Assembly (NCBI GenBank): GCA_035529595.1
Contig: DATKWK010000017.1
Location: 250,961-314,960 of the forward strand
Direction: 5' to 3'
Origin: Candidatus Bathyarchaeia archaeon
GTDB taxonomy: Bacteria; Patescibacteriota; Microgenomatia; PFEM01; JAFGMK01
DNA: 64,000 bases
Below the pieces are notes generated by a model that made no database searches, was not told the origin of the DNA, and worked only from the letters and a program-made list of their open reading frames with translations. A program made the translations under genes and the position numbers. Positions 39,632-48,796 of the stretch are shown here, in pieces. Each line of letters begins with the position of its first letter. Position 1 is the first letter of the stretch.

Positions 39632-40636
39632 ATGAAAAAATTACTGGTAATTTGCGGACCGACGGCAACCGGTAAAACCAGTCTCGGGCTGCATTTGGCT
39701 AAAAATTTTGATGGCGAGCTCGTTTCGGCCGACTCCCGCCAGGTTTACCGGGGAATGAATATTGGCACCGGTAAAGAATTAGCGTCAAATTCTGAATTCA
39801 GAATTCTAAATTCTAAAATTGAATATAAAATTAGAGAATCTCTGGATAAGAAAGTAACAATTGGTGTCTATAAAGTCGGCAATGTTGCTGTTTGGGGATT
39901 TGATCTAGTCGAACCAAATCAGGATTTTTCCGTTGCCTTATATTGTAAGTTTGCCAAATGGGCGATTGAAGATATCTGGAAAAGAGATAAGTTACCGGTT
40001 TTGGTGGGAGGGACCGGCTTTTATCTTAAGGCGATCACGGACGGGATTGAAACTTTGGGGATGCCTCCCGATTGGGAATTGCGTTGGCGTCTGAGAAATT
40101 TAACGGTTGCGGATCTGTTTAATCTTCTTGCCCGGCTTGACCCGGATAAAACAGCCACTCTAAATTATTCTGACCGTCGGAATCCGCGCCGGCTTATTCG
40201 AGCAATTGAATTAAGTTATCAGAAAGATAGCTCAAAAGAGAAAAAGGGAGTTGAAAAACTAAACCTGGAAAAACTACTGACTATTGGTTTGATTGCAGCC
40301 AATAAAGTAATTTATGAGAGAATTGACCGGCGGGTTGAGAATAGATTAAAACAAGGGATTGAAGAAGAGATAAAAGGTCTTCTGAAAAAAGGTTACAGCT
40401 GGGATAACTCGGTACTTAACCAGACTTTAGGTTATCGGGAATGGCGGTCTTTTTTTGAGGGAAAATCATCAAGAGAAGACGTGGTGCAGCGCTGGAAATA
40501 TAATGAACATGCCTATGTTAGGAGACAGTTAACTTGGTTTAGGAGAGATAAGCGAGTCAGGTGGTTTGATATAATCGAAAAGGATTGGCAAGTGAAGGCA
40601 GAGAAACAAATAACCCTTTGGTTTAAGGAAAATTGA
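39632..40636 (+). CDS. miaA: tRNA dimethylallyltransferase
   Basis: GPTATGKT, SADSRQVYRGMNIGTGK, VGGTGFY, RRQLTWF. Confidence 0.96.
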   Translation: MKKLLVICGPTATGKTSLGLHLAKNFDGELVSADSRQVYRGMNIGTGKELASNSEFRILNSKIEYKIRESLDKKVTIGVYKVGNVAVWGFDLVEPNQDFSVALYCKFAKWAIEDIWKRDKLPVLVGGTGFYLKAITDGIETLGMPPDWELRWRLRNLTVADLFNLLARLDPDKTATLNYSDRRNPRRLIRAIELSYQKDSSKEKKGVEKLNLEKLLTIGLIAANKVIYERIDRRVENRLKQGIEEEIKGLLKKGYSWDNSVLNQTLGYREWRSFFEGKSSREDVVQRWKYNEHAYVRRQLTWFRRDKRVRWFDIIEKDWQVKAEKQITLWFKEN

Positions 40637-40675
40637 AATTAGAAATTGTAAATTGATTATGTTATATTTTAGCTA

Positions 40676-41683
40676 ATGGTTAGAAAAGTCGAAGTATCCC
40701 ACCGGACGATTGTTTTTACGGTTCTTTTTCTGGTTTTCCTCTGGCTGCTTTATCAAATTAAGGACATTATTTTTAATCTCTTTATTGCTTTTGTGATGAT
40801 GGCGGCTCTCAATTCCTCAGTAGAAAAAATGGAAAAGATTAAAATCCCCAGGCCGATTGCCATTATCATGATTTATTTGGTTTTTTTCGGTTTTATCAGC
40901 GTGGTGATAGCTGGAGTTATTCCCCCCTTGGTTGATCAAACTTCAACTCTGATTAATAAAATCCCAAACTACGTCAAGGAAATTAACCTTCCTTGGCTTA
41001 ATAAGGAGGCAATTTTGTCCCAGTTTTCGTCCCTGGCATCAATTCCTGAAAACTTGGTTAAATTAACGGTTAATGTGTTCAGGAATATTCTGGCAATTTT
41101 CGTACTGGCGGTTATTAATTTCTACTTATTGATGGAAAGAAAAAACCTGGGAAAATATTTAACCGTTTTATTCGGAGGTGATGGCCATGACAGAGCAGCC
41201 AAATTTATCGAAAGATTGGAGGGGCGTTTGGGAAGCTGGGTTAGAGCTGAGCTTCTTTTGATGACAATTATTGGGGTTATGTCTTATATCGGTTTGAGAA
41301 TTTTAGGTATTGATTTTGCTCTGCCATTGGCGGTTTTTGCTGGTTTTTTGGAAGTTGTGCCCAATATCGGGCCGACTATTTCAGCGATTCCGGCGGTGAT
41401 TTCCGGTTTGACTATATCTCCTCTATACGGTTTAGCGGTATTGGCTCTTTATTTCTTAATTCAACAGGTTGAAAACAGTATAATTGTCCCTAAGGTGATG
41501 GAAAAAGGACTTGGTCTTAATCCCTTAGTGGTTATTGTCTGCTTGGCAGTTGGTTTAAGGCTTGGGGGTATTATCGGTATGATATTGGCGATTCCCGTCT
41601 TTCTAGTGATCCAAGAAATTTCTTCAGAAATTGTTATTCTGGATCGTTTTTCCAAAAACTCAAAAAGCCCGGGAAGCTTGTAA
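40676..41683 (+). CDS. AI-2E (PerM) family transporter
   Basis: Polytopic; VPNIGP, QQVEN..IVPKVM, GL.P, G.IGMILAIP. Confidence 0.9.
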   Translation: MVRKVEVSHRTIVFTVLFLVFLWLLYQIKDIIFNLFIAFVMMAALNSSVEKMEKIKIPRPIAIIMIYLVFFGFISVVIAGVIPPLVDQTSTLINKIPNYVKEINLPWLNKEAILSQFSSLASIPENLVKLTVNVFRNILAIFVLAVINFYLLMERKNLGKYLTVLFGGDGHDRAAKFIERLEGRLGSWVRAELLLMTIIGVMSYIGLRILGIDFALPLAVFAGFLEVVPNIGPTISAIPAVISGLTISPLYGLAVLALYFLIQQVENSIIVPKVMEKGLGLNPLVVIVCLAVGLRLGGIIGMILAIPVFLVIQEISSEIVILDRFSKNSKSPGSL

Positions 41684-41992
41684 GCCAGATTCTGTTCTCC
41701 GGCTAAAAGTCGGAGTGCAGCTATCTATCTTGTGCCCTCTATCCTTGAAGCGTAGCCGAAACTTCGGCTTCGGGGAAGCATCCTGGTAACGCTTCGGTCG
41801 GAGGTTGCAGCGGGGAGGGTTGCCTCTTTTCACTCTCTATTCCGACAGTTACGTCGGACTGAGTCGTCGTCTCTGTGGTCCTATCTGTCTTCCGACTTTG
41901 CAGTCGGAGCCTCCGAATTTACTCGGAGCACCCTGCTTCCTGCTGTCTGGACTTTCCTGGCCGAAATTTCGGCCTCGCTGCCGGCTTCCCGG
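41669..41992 (-). ncRNA. rnpB: RNase P RNA
   Basis: Minus strand has AGGAAAGTCC, CCACAGAGACGAC, GTGAAAAG, AGATAGAT, AACAGAATCTGGCTTAC; terminal P1 helix CCGGGAAGC/GCTTCCCGG. Confidence 0.93.
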
Positions 41993-42052
41993 ACCACCTA
42001 AATTATACTAGACTGGCACAATTTTTGCTAATTGTTGTATACTCAGCCAATT

Positions 42053-42271
42053 TTAACTTTTGCTTTTTTCTTTTAGATCCCAGTTTTCGCGAAGATTTTG
42101 AATCCTTTTTACTAACTCATCGCAGTACTTAAGTCCTTCTTCAAGATAGTACTTCGTTTTTTTGTCTACCGGTTGGGTCTTTTCCATCAGAAGGTAGAAG
42201 AAAATATTGCGAACCGATGAAACCGGGCCCAATAGATTGTGAAATAAAACAGAGACCTTATCCTTTTCCAT
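42053..42271 (-). CDS. Stand-alone HisKA-like (phosphoacceptor/dimerisation) protein
   Basis: SVLFHNLLGPVSSVR H-box-like helix and a second helix; TAGAAT 7 nt before ATG 42271. Confidence 0.65.
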   Translation of the reverse strand: MEKDKVSVLFHNLLGPVSSVRNIFFYLLMEKTQPVDKKTKYYLEEGLKYCDELVKRIQNLRENWDLKEKSKS

Positions 42272-42344
42272 AACTAGTATTCTACTATAATGTTGCCAAC
42301 TTTGCATTGATTATAGCGCTAAATCATGTTATCCTTATTCTATA

Positions 42345-42719
42345 ATGGAAAAGATACTGTTGGTTGAAGATGATAAGCATACGCGCGATCTTTATAGGTT
42401 ATTCCTTAAAGAAGCCGGCTATCAGGTTGAGATAGCTGAAGATGGTAAAACCGGTTTGTCGAAGGCAATCCAGGGAGGATATGACTTGATTCTTCTTGAT
42501 ATTATCTTACCGGAGATAGACGGCTTGAAATTCCTGGAGGAATTCAAAAAAGTTTCCCCTCGGCCAAAAAGTAAAGTGGTGATGTTGACGGTTTTAGATC
42601 AGGACGACTATCTTAAAAAGGCGATCGATCTGGGTGCGGCCGGCTATTTAGTTAAAAGTATCCTTAGTCCGGATGAAGTTTTGGCGATGGTGAAGGGCTT
42701 TTTAAAAGATAAACCATAG
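42345..42719 (+). CDS. Single-domain response regulator
   Basis: VEDD, LLDIILP..DG, MLT, YLVK. Confidence 0.93.
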   Translation: MEKILLVEDDKHTRDLYRLFLKEAGYQVEIAEDGKTGLSKAIQGGYDLILLDIILPEIDGLKFLEEFKKVSPRPKSKVVMLTVLDQDDYLKKAIDLGAAGYLVKSILSPDEVLAMVKGFLKDKP

Positions 42720-42722
42720 GTA

Positions 42723-43091
42723 TTACTTCAGATAGGCTTTTATCTTTTCCACCAGTTTATCCGGTGTCAGCGAACTCTTAATCAGGTACTCGTCAACTTC
42801 AATCCGGCCTTTCTTTTTCATGATTGCTTCACCGCTTAAATTAGTCAGCAGGAAAATCGTTTTGCTTTGTTTTAGTTTGCCCTCTTTTTGCAGTTTTTGG
42901 AGAATATCGATACCGTCAAGCTTGGGCAACATGATATCTAAAAGAACTAGATCATAGCTTTTTTTCTTCATTTCTTCATAGCCTTTTTGACCGTCACTGG
43001 CGCAGGTTATCTGATAACCCTCATCTTTTAAGACTTCCTCGTAGATATCTCTGATGAATTGATCGTCTTCAACGATTAAGATTTTTTTCAA
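42723..43091 (-). CDS. Single-domain response regulator
   Basis: VEDD, LLDIMLPKLDG, LTN, YLIK. Confidence 0.93.
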   Translation of the reverse strand: MKKILIVEDDQFIRDIYEEVLKDEGYQITCASDGQKGYEEMKKKSYDLVLLDIMLPKLDGIDILQKLQKEGKLKQSKTIFLLTNLSGEAIMKKKGRIEVDEYLIKSSLTPDKLVEKIKAYLK

Positions 43092-45859
43092 GGTTTCACC
43101 TCCTCGGTAACTTTTAGGTTAAAATAAAAAGTTGAGCCCTTTTCCGGTTTTGATTCTGCTCCGATTTTCCCGTGGTGGAGATCGATAATTTGCTTGCAGA
43201 TATAAAGCCCCAGGCCGGTACCGCCGGTTTCGGCCACCGTGGCAAAGGATTTTTCCAAACGGCCAAATTTTTTAAATAGCTTTGGAATATCGCTTTTGGC
43301 AATTCCGCGGCCGGTATCGCTAATTTGGGTAGAGATCAGTTTCCCTTTCCGTTTAAAAGAAATTTTGATCGTACCGTTGATATCGGTGAATTTAATCGCA
43401 TTGCCGATCAAGTTAAGTAGTACCTCTCTGATTCTGTCCTGGTCAAGTGATACCAGGGGTAATTCCTTTTTGGGAGTTTCAAGAAAAGTTTTGATTTTCT
43501 TCTCTTTGGCTTTTGGTTGCAGCTCTTCAAAAACATTTTTTGCCAAAGCAACAATATTTCCCGGTGTCGGGTTGACTTCCAATTTGCCACCCTCAATTCG
43601 GGAGACGGTTAGCATATCTTCAACCAGGCTGATCAGTCTTTTTGTCGATAGGGCCGCTCTTTCCAGATAGAACTGCTGTTTTTGGGAAATTTTTCCGCCT
43701 TTGCCGTGCAAAGTCATCCAAATATAGTTATTAACGGCGGTCATCGGTGTTCGCAGCTCATGGCTGGCAATAGAAACAAACTCGTCTTTCATCCGGTCCA
43801 GCTCCCGGAGTTTTAAGTTAATTTTTCTTAATTTTCCGATGCTTTTTTCTAATCTATCGTAAAGAAGGGTGTTATCAAGGGCAATACCGGTTTGATCGAT
43901 AACACTTTGCATTAAATCTCTTTCCCGGGAAGAAATTTCTCTCTCGGCTTTTTTCCAGGCAAAAACCAAGACGCCCAGCACCTTTGTTTTACTGATGATC
44001 GGGTAAGCCCAATAAGTTTGGGTTTTAATTTTCATCTGCCATTTTTTTAATTTTACCGGTGATAAGGAAGGAGGGAAAACATCAACTAGATTTTCGGCAT
44101 AGATCTCCCGTTTAGTATTGATTGTTTTGGTTACCGATCCGTTTTCAATATCCAGCGGAAAGTAGATATCTTCGATAGCGATTTTTCTTGAAGCCAAAAG
44201 CCTGGCTAGTTGGGACTGGCTGGTAATGGCCTTAAAATAAAGTCGGTTATGGTTTTCATCAATCAGGCCGATTAAGCCAAATTGGCATCTCAGCTCTAAA
44301 GATAAGGCGTCAACGATTTTTTGACACAAGCTATTGATATCCAAGGTTTCCATTATGATAAGATCAAGGCGCCGTAAAGCTGCTAGAAAGCGATTTTGAT
44401 CCGTCAGTTCATGGGTGGCTTTCCTGATTTCCTCTTTCAGTTTTGCATTGAAGGTTTGGATTTCTGAAAACAGTCTGGCATTTTCGACGGCAAAAGAGGT
44501 TTGCGGAGTAAAGTTTTCCAGTACCCGGAGCTCGTTTAGGGTAAAAGCATCTAGTGACGGTTTTTCGCCAATAAATAAAAAGCCGTTTAAGGTTTCCTTG
44601 GTTCTAATAGGTAGGATGGTGGCTATTTCTTTAAACTTCATCTGGTTGACAATTTCTTGAGTCAGATGATCGTTCATTTGGGTAGCCTTTTTTGACAGCT
44701 CTTCTTGGATGAATGGAGACTGGTTACTTTCGGTAAATTTGATTAGGCTGTTGATATTATCCCAGTTAACTTTTTTGTCTCCGGAGCTGATAAAGCGGTA
44801 ATCTTTTCCTTCATCGATTTGAGAATCCATTAAAAGAAAGCCGGCAAACTTAATATTGAGCTCTTCTTTTAGAGTTTTTGAGACGTGGGTTAGCATTTCT
44901 TCAAAACCGATAGTTGAGGAAAGAATATCAGTGAGTTTTTCCAAAAGAATTTTAGGCTCATAACCGCTTCTGAAAAGATATCTACGGGTGAAGTTGCCTG
45001 ATTTTTCAGCTAAGTATTCAAAAGAAAAAACAATAAAGATCATTGCGCCAATAATTGGGAAAATAACTTCGCGAGGAACGCTTCTTTCAAAGACTAAGCC
45101 GTAGAAATAAGTCGCGGTACCTGAAATCAGAGAAAGAACAATCGCAATAATCGTTTTAACAATCAAGTTTTTTACCAGCAGCCTTAAGTCCAGCAAACGA
45201 TATCTGATGATGGCATAGCTGGTTGAGGTGATAAAAGGAACAATAAAAAGCGAGGACGCCCAAAAATACTTTGAGCTGCCTGCATAAAGAGGAACAATTA
45301 TATCCACGATTATCGTTCCGACAGCCAAAATAAAAACTCCCACAAAAATATACTTTAACTGAAGCCGGACAATTCCTTTGTAGGTGGCGTATTTCCTGAT
45401 GAAATTTCTAAAGATCAGTCCGCCAAAAAGAAGGTTGAATAAACCCCAGTATTTGTAAGCCGGCCCTAAAATAGTTTCAAAACCCCAGTCAGTTTCGACT
45501 ACCCCTTTGACCCATTTATTAGTAAACCAAAGTAAATATAGAAAGACGGCCGCAGTCGACCAATAAACTACCTGCCAGCGATTGGCTGCTTCGGTTCTCT
45601 CTTCCGGAAAAACAAAAGAAAAGTAAAGCGATGAGGCAATCAGGAAAAAAACCAGCGAAAAAACGACTTTGATCCAAGTTAAGCCGGAAAAAAGAATCGG
45701 TTGCGTATAGAAAAAAAGGCTTAGGGACCAGGTTGCCCCCGCCAAACAGAAAGCCGCCAAAGAGATATTGACCGGGCTTTTTCTACCTTTATGAAGAACA
45801 CTAGTGCCAAGGAGAGAGGTAAATATTGAAGTCAGAACACTAAGAAATCTTAAGTCCAT
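43088..45859 (-). CDS. Sensor histidine kinase: multi-TM N-terminus, two GAF-like domains, HisKA, HATPase
   Basis: About 9 TM; AVENARLF and ALDNTLLY GAF ends; SHELRTP, NLIGNAIKF, DTGRG, GTGLGL. Confidence 0.93.
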   Translation of the reverse strand: MDLRFLSVLTSIFTSLLGTSVLHKGRKSPVNISLAAFCLAGATWSLSLFFYTQPILFSGLTWIKVVFSLVFFLIASSLYFSFVFPEERTEAANRWQVVYWSTAAVFLYLLWFTNKWVKGVVETDWGFETILGPAYKYWGLFNLLFGGLIFRNFIRKYATYKGIVRLQLKYIFVGVFILAVGTIIVDIIVPLYAGSSKYFWASSLFIVPFITSTSYAIIRYRLLDLRLLVKNLIVKTIIAIVLSLISGTATYFYGLVFERSVPREVIFPIIGAMIFIVFSFEYLAEKSGNFTRRYLFRSGYEPKILLEKLTDILSSTIGFEEMLTHVSKTLKEELNIKFAGFLLMDSQIDEGKDYRFISSGDKKVNWDNINSLIKFTESNQSPFIQEELSKKATQMNDHLTQEIVNQMKFKEIATILPIRTKETLNGFLFIGEKPSLDAFTLNELRVLENFTPQTSFAVENARLFSEIQTFNAKLKEEIRKATHELTDQNRFLAALRRLDLIIMETLDINSLCQKIVDALSLELRCQFGLIGLIDENHNRLYFKAITSQSQLARLLASRKIAIEDIYFPLDIENGSVTKTINTKREIYAENLVDVFPPSLSPVKLKKWQMKIKTQTYWAYPIISKTKVLGVLVFAWKKAEREISSRERDLMQSVIDQTGIALDNTLLYDRLEKSIGKLRKINLKLRELDRMKDEFVSIASHELRTPMTAVNNYIWMTLHGKGGKISQKQQFYLERAALSTKRLISLVEDMLTVSRIEGGKLEVNPTPGNIVALAKNVFEELQPKAKEKKIKTFLETPKKELPLVSLDQDRIREVLLNLIGNAIKFTDINGTIKISFKRKGKLISTQISDTGRGIAKSDIPKLFKKFGRLEKSFATVAETGGTGLGLYICKQIIDLHHGKIGAESKPEKGSTFYFNLKVTEEVKP

Positions 45860-45899
45860 TACCTTGATTATAAGTTAAGACGGGGAAGAAAAACAATTG

Positions 45900-46757
45900 T
45901 CAGGCTTTTACTGCCCGGAGAGCATGGCCGGCAGGACCCTCAGGATCTTCAGGCCAGAAAGTGTTTTCTACTTGGGTAACTCTCAATCCGTTTCTCGAAA
46001 TAAGATTTGTCATTTCTTCAAGTGTCGGTCGGGTAGCCCCGACCAGGCCAGAGGTAATTTGTCGTTCCATAGCATCAGTATGGGTTCTGGAAAAAAGCGC
46101 TCCTGCAGTTGCCCGCCAACTATGTCTTATTTCGTCTCGGATATGGCGCTTGACTCTTGCTTGATTCCATCTTTTATTTCGGAAACCAATGACTGCCTGG
46201 CCATTTGGAGTAAGATGCTTGGCGATTTGGGTCATTACTTGCTCTCTTTGGTCAGGTGTCAGCCAGCAAATTACCAGGTGGGAAAAGATGGCATCAAATT
46301 GGCCTTCTACGCCTTGCTCTTGCCATGGTTTGGCAATATCCACTTGCCGCAGGTCGATTTTTTGTACAGGATTTGCTCGCCCTAGTTCTTTAGCAAGACT
46401 TTGGGCGTCTGCAAGCATTGTTTCGGAAAGATCAAGTCCCAAAAGGTAATCTGCTTGGGTGGCCGCCAAAATAGGTGGAAAGGCAGTTCCCTTACCGCAG
46501 CCAAGATCTAGGACACTGCCTCTGGGTATAGAAGGTAGAAGTTCGAGGGTTGTTTCAAGACTTTCTCGGTAAACATGAAGCCGCGTAAATGCTGCATAAG
46601 CTGAATCTGCCTGAGTAATCGCTGACATTTGTTCATATACCCAAGCTTGAACCCGGTTTCCAGCACCCTTAGCCCACTCTGGCCAATCTGCTCCATATCT
46701 TTCCCACCAACCTGGATCGATTTTTGGTCCTGTAGCTGCTTGTGCTTCGACAGTCAT
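45900..46757 (-). CDS. Class I SAM-dependent methyltransferase
   Basis: VLDLGCGKG, GLDLSETML, FDAIFS, LTPNG. Confidence 0.88.
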   Translation of the reverse strand: MTVEAQAATGPKIDPGWWERYGADWPEWAKGAGNRVQAWVYEQMSAITQADSAYAAFTRLHVYRESLETTLELLPSIPRGSVLDLGCGKGTAFPPILAATQADYLLGLDLSETMLADAQSLAKELGRANPVQKIDLRQVDIAKPWQEQGVEGQFDAIFSHLVICWLTPDQREQVMTQIAKHLTPNGQAVIGFRNKRWNQARVKRHIRDEIRHSWRATAGALFSRTHTDAMERQITSGLVGATRPTLEEMTNLISRNGLRVTQVENTFWPEDPEGPAGHALRAVKA

Positions 46758-46980
46758 TTTTTCCCTTTAGATAGGTAAAAATTGATTGATCGTATTTTAA
46801 CATATAAGTCAAGAAAATTAAACCTATAGTCGAAATTAACAGTAAGGTATGCAGTCGTATTGATACCTTGTGACCCCAATAATCTAATACACGCCGGGGT
46901 GTAACTCTATTGACACCTTGGGAATTCAGGTTTTCCAGTTTATTGCATCCTCAAGCTGATAATGATATTCTGTATTTAAG

Positions 46981-48360
46981 ATGGAACAGGAGAGAGAAAA
47001 GCAAACAAGAAAGATCCAATCCGGTTTCGAAGGCGCCCGGTCTTTTCTTGCCTCCGGCGCCCGGATTTGGAACCAATTTATGATGTTCATTGTCGTGGTT
47101 GGTGCTCTGCCGATAATTTTTCCTCAATGGGTGAACATCGGTAACAAAATCATTGTTTTAGCCATCGTCGCTTCATTGTTCGCTACCAGTCTGTTTAGTG
47201 AAATTATTCGCCGTTATTTAGAAAAGAGGAAAAAAAATACCGCCTCGGTAGTCAACTTTCAGCTTCTTTCACGAGCGATTCTTCTTACACTATTTCTCCA
47301 TCTTTTTGGCCGTATTAACGGCCCATTTTTTGTTCTTTATCTTCTGGTTGTCATGGAATCTTTCTTAAGCGCTAACCGTTTTCTTTCCAATCTGATTGTC
47401 AGTTTTATGGTTTTTGCTACCTCGTTTGAGTTTTTACTTCTGCTTTGGGTAAGGGAAGCGGTATTTGATTATGATTCGGCGATTGCTTTTTTGATCAGGA
47501 TAATTTCCATCATTTTTATGCATGCTTATGGCGGCGTTCTCGCAGAAAAGATAGCTTCCGAACAAGAAGCGGAAAATAATACCCGGGAGGTAGTTAAAGA
47601 AACTGAGAAATTGTCCCAGCAAATTAAGAAGACTAATTATAAATTAAAAGAACTGTCAGCTTTGAAAGATGAATTTGTTTCCGTTGCTTCCCATGAATTG
47701 CGGGCGCCGATGACGACAATCAAAGGCTATATTTCTATGATTCTTGAAGGTGATGCCGGTAAAATCCCGCCGAAAGTCAAGGAGTTCTTGAGAGATGCCT
47801 ATGAAAGCAACGACAGGATGATTCGGTTAGTTAATAATATGCTTAATGTTTCCCGGATTGAATCGGGTCGGCTGATTATTAGCCTCCAGGATATCCAGAT
47901 CGAACAGGCGATCGATGAGGTGGTTAGGAATTTTCAATTGGAAGCCGACCAGCATGGCTTGGAATTAAAGTATTTCCGATCCAAGAAAAAACTGCCTAAA
48001 GTTCGGGTTGATCCGGACCGGATTAGGGAGGTTATCTCCAATATTGTCGGCAATGCGGTTAATTTTACTCCTCATGGCCACATTTATGTTAAGAGTTACC
48101 GGGATGATGATTTGGTGACGGTTTCGATTGAAGACACCGGTGTTGGTCTGGCAATTGCCGATCAGGAACAGCTTTTTAAGAAGTTTTCTCAGATTGGAGT
48201 TGGGGCACCCTTGAAAAAGGGTTCCGGCCTAGGGCTTTATATCTGTAAAATGTTGATTAACGAGTTCGGTGGTGATATTTGGTTAAATTCGAGAGTCGGT
48301 AAAGGCACAACTTTTTATTTCAGCCTGCCGGTAATCGAAAACCATAAAGAAAAGGGCTAA
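46981..48360 (+). CDS. Membrane sensor histidine kinase
   Basis: About 6 TM; SHELRAP, NIVGNAVNF, DTGVG, GSGLGL. Confidence 0.93.
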   Translation: MEQEREKQTRKIQSGFEGARSFLASGARIWNQFMMFIVVVGALPIIFPQWVNIGNKIIVLAIVASLFATSLFSEIIRRYLEKRKKNTASVVNFQLLSRAILLTLFLHLFGRINGPFFVLYLLVVMESFLSANRFLSNLIVSFMVFATSFEFLLLLWVREAVFDYDSAIAFLIRIISIIFMHAYGGVLAEKIASEQEAENNTREVVKETEKLSQQIKKTNYKLKELSALKDEFVSVASHELRAPMTTIKGYISMILEGDAGKIPPKVKEFLRDAYESNDRMIRLVNNMLNVSRIESGRLIISLQDIQIEQAIDEVVRNFQLEADQHGLELKYFRSKKKLPKVRVDPDRIREVISNIVGNAVNFTPHGHIYVKSYRDDDLVTVSIEDTGVGLAIADQEQLFKKFSQIGVGAPLKKGSGLGLYICKMLINEFGGDIWLNSRVGKGTTFYFSLPVIENHKEKG

Positions 48361-48391
48361 TAAAAATCTATAATCATGAAAGGATAACCGG

Positions 48392-48793
48392 ATGGATAAT
48401 AACGGTAGCCAAGTAAACCAAACCACGGCCTCAAGGACGATTTTAATGGTTGAAGACGATCTGCCGATGGTAAAGATGTATTCAACCAAACTTAAGATCG
48501 AGGGTTTTGAAGTTATTGTCGCTCATGATGGCGAGGAAGGGTTAAAGAAACTAAGAGAACAATCAGTAAACCTGGTTTTACTTGATTTAATGATTCCTAA
48601 ATTGGGAGGAATGGAAGTTCTCGAGAAAATGAGACAGGAAGAAAAGACAAAAAAAATGCCGGTGGTTATTCTGTCTAATTTATCGCAAGAGGAAGACATT
48701 CAGAGAGCGAGTGAACTTGGCGTAAAAAATTTCTTGATCAAATCGAACTATACCCCAAGCCAGGTTGTCAAAGTTGTTAAGAGTTATTTCTAA
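48392..48793 (+). CDS. Single-domain response regulator
   Basis: VEDD, LLDLMIP, ILSN, FLIK. Confidence 0.93.
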   Translation: MDNNGSQVNQTTASRTILMVEDDLPMVKMYSTKLKIEGFEVIVAHDGEEGLKKLREQSVNLVLLDLMIPKLGGMEVLEKMRQEEKTKKMPVVILSNLSQEEDIQRASELGVKNFLIKSNYTPSQVVKVVKSYF

Positions 48794-48796
48794 GAA

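Noticed and set aside
41805-42132. Short plus-strand ORFs
   Set aside because: They overlap the RNase P RNA
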